Assembly (NCBI GenBank): GCA_034226945.1
Contig: CP120453.1
Location: forward strand, 434,001 to 498,000
Reading direction: 5' to 3'
DNA from: Picochlorum sp. SENEW3
Lineage: Eukaryota
Length of the DNA: 64,000 bases
Shown here: piece after piece, positions 56,785-64,000 of the stretch
Layout: every line of letters begins with the position of its first letter
How positions within the stretch are numbered: position 1 is the first letter of the stretch
The notes under the pieces: model-generated
What the model was told of the DNA's origin: nothing
What the model saw: the letters and a program-made list of their open reading frames with translations, nothing else
The model's database searches: none
Program-made: the position numbers and the translations under genes

Positions 56785-59700
56785 TCATTCTGTCCAACCA
56801 CATCGCCTCTTGAATTCTGTTCTGCCTTCCGCACTCAAACCCATGTCATCCATGAGTTCCTCCATTTCTTCATTTGTTCTTTTTCCATGCTTGTATTGTT
56901 CTATCTCATAGATAAGCCACTTCCCTAGACCGAACTTCCGTGGTCCATTCCCATCGTTGAGATCATATTCAGCATTCCTTTCTGCCTCGGTTTGTTGGGG
57001 GGTTTCGCTGAAATCGACATCATTCTGATGCAGTCTCCTGCGCTCCCTGAGAGCTTGACGCTTCTCTTCGCGAACCTTGGAATTCACACCCCGTGTCCAA
57101 GTGCGAGATGAATACAAATCCCGAAGCACATACCTGCTTCCCTCTCCAATATGAGAGAACTCTTTTCTGATGACTTCTCTTCGCTTTTTCTTGTCGTACA
57201 TATGTGCCACATCGACAAATCGTGAGGAATCATCCAATTCTGACAAACCCAGCGTTTTCTTGATTCCTACAAGCATCCTTTCATTTCCCCAGTATGCCTG
57301 CTCATGAATCTCGCCAGTACCTTTGTCTTCAAATGTTCCCAAGAACCAGATGACGTTAGTTGGGAAAAATCGATCCTCATCAGCATTATCTTTTTGATCA
57401 TCCACATCTTGTATGACAATCTTGTCCTGTAGGCGTTTTGGGATTCGCCTCTTTGTTATCCATACTCGCCTGACCGTCTCTGGAGAAGGAATCTGCTCTT
57501 TTGGAAATTCCATCTCTCGCATTGTATTCACGATTTTTCCACCGAGTTCTCTAGTACTCTCTCCAGTGACAGTCTCTTCCTTGCCATTATTGGAAATGAT
57601 TGCTCTTCTTCGTTTCCCACGAGATAGGGCAGTATTCTCCCCATTGGTTACCACTCGAAGATTGTCTGATCGATTCAAACCAGTTTGGCCATTGATATGA
57701 TCGACATTTAGCTTCTCTATGGCACCGTCATCTCGCCTCCAGACAGTCTTGATCTGAACCCCATCTTCATCTGTGCGCCTGGCAATGTCTTCAAGTTGAA
57801 ACTTGTGGAGGAATTTTTTAGAGAGCTCGCGTTTCCCAAGTACTGCAGCGCACAACTTTGTGAATGCTATGGCACATGAAATATATATACTTTCTCCCGC
57901 AATGCGCATCCCTCTGTACCTATTCCTTTGTATAATGTCCATGACATCAGCCAGGAAATACCACCCATCACCATACTTCCTCCAGATGCATTGTTCCTCC
58001 TCAAAGAAAAGGACATTTGTGCATCTCACAACGTCAACCCACTTTTCAGATAAATTCGGATCATCTAATTTCCAGTTGTCTCCATCTTTTTCTAGGCGCA
58101 CCATTGGCAAACCAGTCTCCCCGAAACTGTCCTTGCATCTCTGAGCAATGGCCTTCCTCTCGTTAGACAGATGCTTGAATTGAGTGTAGCAAACCTCCAG
58201 ACTTTGCCCTCTAAAAGTCTCCCGAGAGCGTGGTCGTTTATTATTCGCCTGTTGCTTTGCATCAGCAATCCTCAAAAGGGAAGGTTGATTATAGGATGCT
58301 TGGATGGTGAGGTGGTCGGTACTCATCCCTGGCCCACATTTCTTAAGGAATTGAGATGGAGTCCACCCATATTTTGCCATGCCTACCACTTGATGTATTT
58401 TGAACAGCTTGCGTACTTTTTTTTTTTTGGATTTAGCAGCGATAAAAAATTTCGGGCGCAATTGCCCGGTGACGGGAATTCCCAAAGAGTCACCTTGTGA
58501 ATTGATGCACCGGCCCTCAGTAGACACAAACACGTGGGAATCATCTCCAATTGGCACACTACCGAAAAAAAAGTCTTGATGGAGCGTATAGCGCCATTGG
58601 ACACCACCATCTGTCGTATATTGCCTAGGCAAGAGCACATGACTAGCATACGTCCCCGTAGCGTTCAACTGTCGGGAGAACTTGATTGCCTCTGGAAATA
58701 CTAGCACTCCGAGCAACCTTTCTGTACTCATCTTCAGCCCCTCTTTAACAAATTCATACAGATGAATACTTTCGGGAAAGATGTGTTCATACTTTGACGG
58801 AATGACTTCATTCTCCTCGAAGTGGCGGATTCTCCATCCAGGGCCAATATGGGGTTGCAAAAAATCTTCCATGCACTGTGTGAAAGATTGCCTAATGTCT
58901 TCCAATGTCTTTTGCTCACTGCCTACCTTTTGCTCGATTGCTCTCTCAAGTGCATCGTAGAGCCCCTCGACGCCGTTTTCATACTCTGAAGCAAGTAGAG
59001 CAATCAAAGCCATTGAAAATTCCTGCAACTCGTCATCCAGACAAATCTCCTTTGTGATTTTGACCACCTCTGGAATGCCTTTCGAATCCACATATTCTTG
59101 ATTTTGGAGATATCCCTTTTGAAGTTTGTAATGCTCCATCAAAGGGATTTTGATGGCTTCATCAGCTGAAGCAAATATCTCATCTGACGCATCACTGGCT
59201 GAAATGACGGTATTCACATCAACCAGTCTCTGGACTGCAGCGCTTTGTCTCATCTTCCTCGAACATGCGATGAGACGGTCTTTAAAATTGTCTATTTTCC
59301 CAGAGCAGGTACGCCTAATAAAGTCTGATAAATAATCGAGATCATTCAGACCTTTCTCGATGATGCTTCTGTTTTCGCTATTTAATGTGCATAAATATGC
59401 CTCTTGAATGGATGCTGCTGTGTTTCCCTCTGATGATGGGTGAATATCCTTACTACCAGATGCCGAATCAGAGCCGACTACATCTACAACAGCATCAATA
59501 GTATGTGAATGAATGTGCCAAGAGAGATACACATCTCAATGTATGTACCGAAAACATACATCATAACAACAACATACCTTGTTCTCTATTGCCCCTACAG
59601 CCAAGGACAGGAGCTGTCTCCTTCTTCTTGGGCTTGGCAGATGGCTTCCTTTTCAATGGTCGCTGAGATGAATTCTCCTGTCGATTTGCTGAGGCCATTT

Positions 59701-60093
59701 GTGACCCAGCGTTCTGCACGATATTCTCCTCATCCAAATCTGAAGGCTGGGAGTCTGGAATCACAGTGGACCACGCGGGTGCCTCCTGTAAAGGTGCCTT
59801 CCTTTTCCTTGTCATATGGCCATGCTGCACATCACATATTTGATCGATCAGGCACATGTGTTCTACACAATGCAACATTTGCAAGAATCATCACAAGCAA
59901 TGAAACGCACCTTTTGCACTGCTGCTTTTGTCCCATTTGTACCAGACCTGTGTGCATCTACAGCTGCTGTAGACGCCCGCTTAACATTCCGGCTACGCCT
60001 GACATCCCTAACCCTCTTACCCTCCACAGTCCTGGGATTCAAAGGCTGGTTGGTAGCCTTTAGCTTGGCAGGTGGCTTCCTTTTCCTTGTCAT
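56785..60093 (-). CDS. Large (~1042 aa) NUMOD4/tandem-HNH endonuclease-like protein; predicted exons 60093-59911, 59824-59578, 59483-56785
   Basis: VDHINGQTGLNRSDNLRVVTNGEN (HNH_3-like); second degenerate IHQVV..TDHL..N..LR.AD..QQ..NK; VSTEGRCIN (NUMOD4-like); exon phases 0 and 1 give 3129 nt in frame. Confidence 0.7.
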
Positions 60094-60515
60094 GTGGATA
60101 GGCTGCACATCACATATTTGATTGATTATACATTATATATCTATATATGTTTTGCAACACAAGCAATCAAACGCACCTTTTCTCCACGATGTCTCTGGGC
60201 ACTATTGCAGTAGCACTATTTGAGCTTCCCAAGCATGCAATGCTGTTTGTACAGTACAATTCTCTATTACTGCACATATACACATATTCGGCGTGATACA
60301 ATTGAAAGATAGGTGCTTTTTAGACATGATCAAGAAAACAAGACAGTTTCGCGACGTAGCAATTCAACCATGACTCACCTGCTTATCCGTTCACCCTCAG
60401 GGTGATTGCAAACATAAAATAATACTAAATACATCCAATTTGACTGCGCAATACCCGCTGTAGCGATACTATACAAAATATCGCGATTGCGTCATCGCAG
60501 ATCTAAACCTAAATA

Positions 60516-60802
60516 GTAACCGGCAAGTAACCGGCAAGTAACCGGCAAGTATCCAGCAAGTAACCGGCAAGTAACCGGCAAGTATCCAGCAAGTAACCGG
60601 CAAGTAACCGGCAAGTATCCAGCAAGTAACCGGCAAGTAACCGGCAAGTATCCAGCAAGTAACCGGCAAGTAGCCGGCAAGTATCCAGCAAGTAACCGGC
60701 AAGTAGCCGGCAAGTATCCAGCAAGTAACCGGCAAGTAACCGGCAAGTATCCGGCAAGTAACCGGCAAGTAGCCGGCAAGTATCCGGCAAGTATCCCTGC
60801 AA
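60516..60802. repeat. Tandem 11-bp minisatellite GTA(A/T/G)CC(G/A)GCAA, 25 full copies plus one degenerate copy, with 33-bp higher-order period
   Basis: Directly read: A,(AAB)x4,(ACB)x2,AAD,ACD with A=GTAACCGGCAA, B=GTATCCAGCAA, C=GTAGCCGGCAA, D=GTATCCGGCAA. Confidence 0.98.
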
Positions 60803-61196
60803 ACTGCGTTGACTCGATGTCCAATAAAGGTGCCACCCATCCTCCAATATTTTCGGAAATAAAAACATGTTCAAAATCTCCTGTATATAATCGCGATGCC
60901 AAAGGCAACATTTTCGCCTTTTTCATCCTTCAGCGATGTGCCCAACGTGACCAGATATCGTCGAGCGAAGTGGAAGCCTTTCCGAGTCCATGTTACGCAT
61001 GTTTCCGGCCATAACAATATCTCCAAATTCACAAACACGGTCCACAATGCTACAAACCATGACATACAGAAGCAGACTCGTTGCGACCATGACATCGACG
61101 TGAATGTCACAGCCTACCCTCTTGGCCGAGAACGATCGAGTCAGTTTTGATATCATATCAACACATGCATCTCATAGTGAAGATTCGAGCGCATAT

Positions 61197-61272
61197 GGGG
61201 CTTTCTGACACTCTTTGCTGACGACAAATGTGACATCTCTCCTCGCTGCAGAATAGAGTGTCAGAAAGCCCC
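61197..61272. repeat. Perfect 18-bp inverted repeat with 40-nt spacer
   Basis: GGGGCTTTCTGACACTCT (61197-61214) / AGAGTGTCAGAAAGCCCC (61255-61272). Confidence 0.95.
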
Positions 61273-61489
61273 GCGAATTCTGATGCTTTTCCCCGCTCTC
61301 CCCGTTAAGTTTGTATTTTATTCTTTACAGAATTGAATGGAATAGCAAGGGATCGTGGGAAAAGACAAGAATGCATGAGATTTCTCACTCGGATGATGAT
61401 TATCACTACCATCTTGCAAGATTCTTGATCAAGAATGGTCATGACCAATTGATCAAGATCCATCATGACCATGATGGGTTTTCTCTCTC

Positions 61490-62551
61490 TCAGGGATCTT
61501 GGGACTTCTGGAGGTTCAGATCTGTAGTATCGAATCTATACAGCCCTGTTTCATCGGTTCTGAAATGTGGTGCATCCCCAAAATCTAGAGCATCAACATC
61601 TTGTGGCAAATCCACCACATCCTCCCAAAAAATATCATCATTATTACCCTCCATACGAGTAGGTACTCTCGTGTCGTGAGTAGGATCTGAATCTGTAGGA
61701 GGTGCATTCGCTCTGGTATCCACCGGTTGACTGTTGCCTTTGCATGGTGGATTTGTATTATCATCTATCTCCCTGACAGGCTCCTCCATCTTTGATCTCT
61801 TATCATTTGATTCCTCGATTGTTGGATCTTCAATCACACTAGAAGCTGTTAAAAGATCATACTGTGCATTTCTTGCCTCCTTTAGTTTCTCACATTTAAG
61901 TTCTTTGCCACTACGGATAGTCCTCAACATCTCTTGCAGCCCATCACTCCAGTGATACACCTTCCTGAGAGGTTCCCCTCTAGAGCTTGTATGGCGTTGG
62001 ATCGAGGCCATCAGCAGGACAAGGAGGCATACCCGTCGCAGCCTTTGACTTGGGCCTGTGGTACTGAGACATCTTTGCAGACACATGAGTGCGTTTGTAG
62101 CTTTCGCATTGTTTGCAAAATCTTCCCTCATCTCCTTGATGAGGCGACTCTTATGAATCGCATAAAGTATGACTGTGTCGCAGTTCTTCTGTGTCTTGGG
62201 CCTGTCTGCACAGATGTCGAGATCTGGACTCTCCTTTGCGACCGATCCGATGAATACTTGATTGACCCCTTGCACTGAGACTGGGACTGGACATTCAATT
62301 TTAAATGCCATATGTGGCGGAGTAGTCGTGCCTTTCTGAAATTGCCTCATATCCACGAGATTCTCGAAGTCATGCCCACACATAATTCGAATCTCATTCG
62401 GTTGCATGGAGGAATTCTCAGAAGATCTGTTGTCACAGATCTTCCCCCTCACATGTTCATCAAACTCACCGCAACATATCTTATCGTAAAGATCATCAGT
62501 AGCCCAAGCGTTTTCACTGTTTGAAGACTGATGCATGTCGATTTCAAGCAA
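61490..62551 (-). CDS. Orphan hypothetical protein (~350 aa; start uncertain)
   Basis: Uninterrupted ORF with an acidic low-complexity tail; no recognised domain. Confidence 0.55.
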   Translation of the reverse strand: MLEIDMHQSSNSENAWATDDLYDKICCGEFDEHVRGKICDNRSSENSSMQPNEIRIMCGHDFENLVDMRQFQKGTTTPPHMAFKIECPVPVSVQGVNQVFIGSVAKESPDLDICADRPKTQKNCDTVILYAIHKSRLIKEMREDFANNAKATNALMCLQRCLSTTGPSQRLRRVCLLVLLMASIQRHTSSRGEPLRKVYHWSDGLQEMLRTIRSGKELKCEKLKEARNAQYDLLTASSVIEDPTIEESNDKRSKMEEPVREIDDNTNPPCKGNSQPVDTRANAPPTDSDPTHDTRVPTRMEGNNDDIFWEDVVDLPQDVDALDFGDAPHFRTDETGLYRFDTTDLNLQKSQDP

Positions 62552-63405
62552 TCAGTGGCTTTGTGCTGGCTCGATACCAAACTTGCTCGTGCGTGTGAAC
62601 GAGTATACACTGCATTGGATACATGTTTAATTATCAACATAATATATTATTCAAAAGCAAAAGAATACTCTGTGAATAATGCATCATTTCCCAGCTTGTG
62701 GGAAGTTTCGCGAGAACCAGAGAGGTGCGTACCAGACTATCCTTATGGAAGCAGCAGTTGATTGTGATTGATATCTTCTATACATATAATTTTAAAGGGT
62801 ATTATTGCCTCTATGAAATGATTGATAGTATTATAGTAAAATAAAACACAAACCATCTTCTGGAGTGGATGATGGTGTAATAGATGCTCGTGTTGATTTG
62901 CTGCATGAATGTCATGCAAGGTGTCGGCCTTTGTTCAGAAGGACACATTATTCGGGAATCGATCAAATAGCATGGACAAGACTACAATACCACGCAGTAT
63001 GCGTGCCTCCAATTCATATATTAAACAATAATTCTCTCAAAATAGTAACTGTTTATCGTCATCTCCTTTCTTCTCGTCGAGAGTAGCAGAGGAGCATATC
63101 GAGAGCAGAATATTCAAACCCAGCGGAAGTCAACCTTCAACCGAAACTCATGTACGTGCGATCATATGTCATTAGTATCACATACATATGACATATTGGT
63201 GTATATATTTCGCTAGAATCTGTTTTATCACTACAAACGGTTTCAGCCGTACCGAACTGCGAGCGACATCTTGATCAGACTGAATTCTATCACAACCGTT
63301 CCGCGGCGTATTCCATCTGATTTCTGATAATTTACATGTATAATATTCTCAATATGTAGAGGAATATCAAGAAAGATTGATTGCAACACGTGCTACTCCT
63401 CCTTT

Positions 63406-63927
63406 TCATACTATATACCTCAGGAACATGTCATTCTGATGAATAGCTTCTGTAATGAGCGATTGCTCTCCTTCACTCCCGTATATAGTACCGCGAGAAA
63501 GAAGGGATGCATGCCGCTCTGACAACTTGCCAAGGTTTCTCTTCCACCGATTGTTTTCAAAGGATGCAATGAATGCATACTGCATCATTGCATGCGTAAT
63601 ACGCCCCAACGCCATACGCTCTTCTTCTTCTTCTCTCTGTATAGGTGTTTCATGTCGACTGTCTGAGGCGTGTTGTTGCGCATCCTTGTTGTTGTCACTG
63701 CCGTGTTGGTCTTCTTCTTCTTCTTCTTCTTCTAGTCCTGCGTCGTGGTGGTGGCGCTGTCGTTCGTGGCTGTCGTCCTCATTGCTAGGTATTGTTGGAT
63801 TTTCTTTTGCAAACGTCACTAAATGCTTCTTTTCTTCGTCTTCTGATGCCATGTATCCATGTAATAATGAAATCTCTTGCGCTACTAGTGATTCATGGAA
63901 TTCAAAGTTCGAATTCGAATGGCACAA
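63406..63927 (-). pseudogene. N-terminal fragment resembling carnosine N-methyltransferase (N2227-like); catalytic domain not found downstream
   Basis: EEERMALGRITHAMMQY..ENNRWKRNLGKLSERHASLL..AIHQNDMFLRYIV; no RDWS/VPGAGLGRL exon seen in 62550-63400. Confidence 0.5.
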
Positions 63928-64000
63928 ATACTCCCTCTGGGTACTGTTTCTACAATGTATATTATTTGCAATACTAATGATGATGCCGATATTGATTGTA

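Noticed and set aside
56785..59532. Fanzor/TnpB, IscB/Cas9, Helitron or retroelement protein
   Set aside because: No RuvC, HUH/helicase, RT or DDE motifs were recognised, only HNH-like motifs. RNA guidance is unsupported.
60503..60514. Telomere seed CTAAACCTAAA next to the array
   Set aside because: Fewer than two imperfect units; not distinguishable from chance.
60516..60802. CRISPR array
   Set aside because: Units are contiguous 11-mers with no unique spacers, no cas genes are present, and the context is eukaryotic.
60469..60926. Repetitive ORFs (ILAGYLPVTCW, LLAGYLLDTCR, etc.)
   Set aside because: All three minus frames are open only because the repeat lacks stop codons on that strand; no evidence of coding.

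Overview
This is eukaryotic nuclear DNA from a very compact, gene-dense green-algal genome. Plastid-targeted genes, 60-125 nt GT-AG introns and intergenic gaps often under 100 nt make it Picochlorum-like; that taxon call is inference. Positions 1-42 kb and 45.8-56.4 kb hold ordinary housekeeping genes: WDR12, FtsH, TEX10, HPAT, SnRK2-like kinase, GPN3, snurportin, TRAPPC9, CTF4, kinesin-14, acyl-CoA synthetase, ProB, DDX54, NOB1, CCD, Sec14 and guanylate kinase. Two accessory regions stand out. (1) At 41.6-46.2 kb, a ~2.1 kb insert carries a PepD pseudogene and an intact secreted protein resembling a bacterial single Cache domain. It is flanked by direct duplications of pieces of both neighbouring genes, which creates an in-frame PepD::HAD chimera. 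(2) At 56.5-63.9 kb, a gene-poor island contains a spliced ~1040-aa gene with phage/NCLDV-type NUMOD4-HNH-HNH motifs. Upstream of it lie a 25-copy 11-bp array with 33-bp higher-order structure, a perfect 18-bp inverted repeat, a chain of abutting palindromes, an orphan ORF and a truncated carnosine N-methyltransferase-like gene. No rRNA, tRNA or CRISPR array was recognised. All family calls come from motif recognition by eye; no searches were run.
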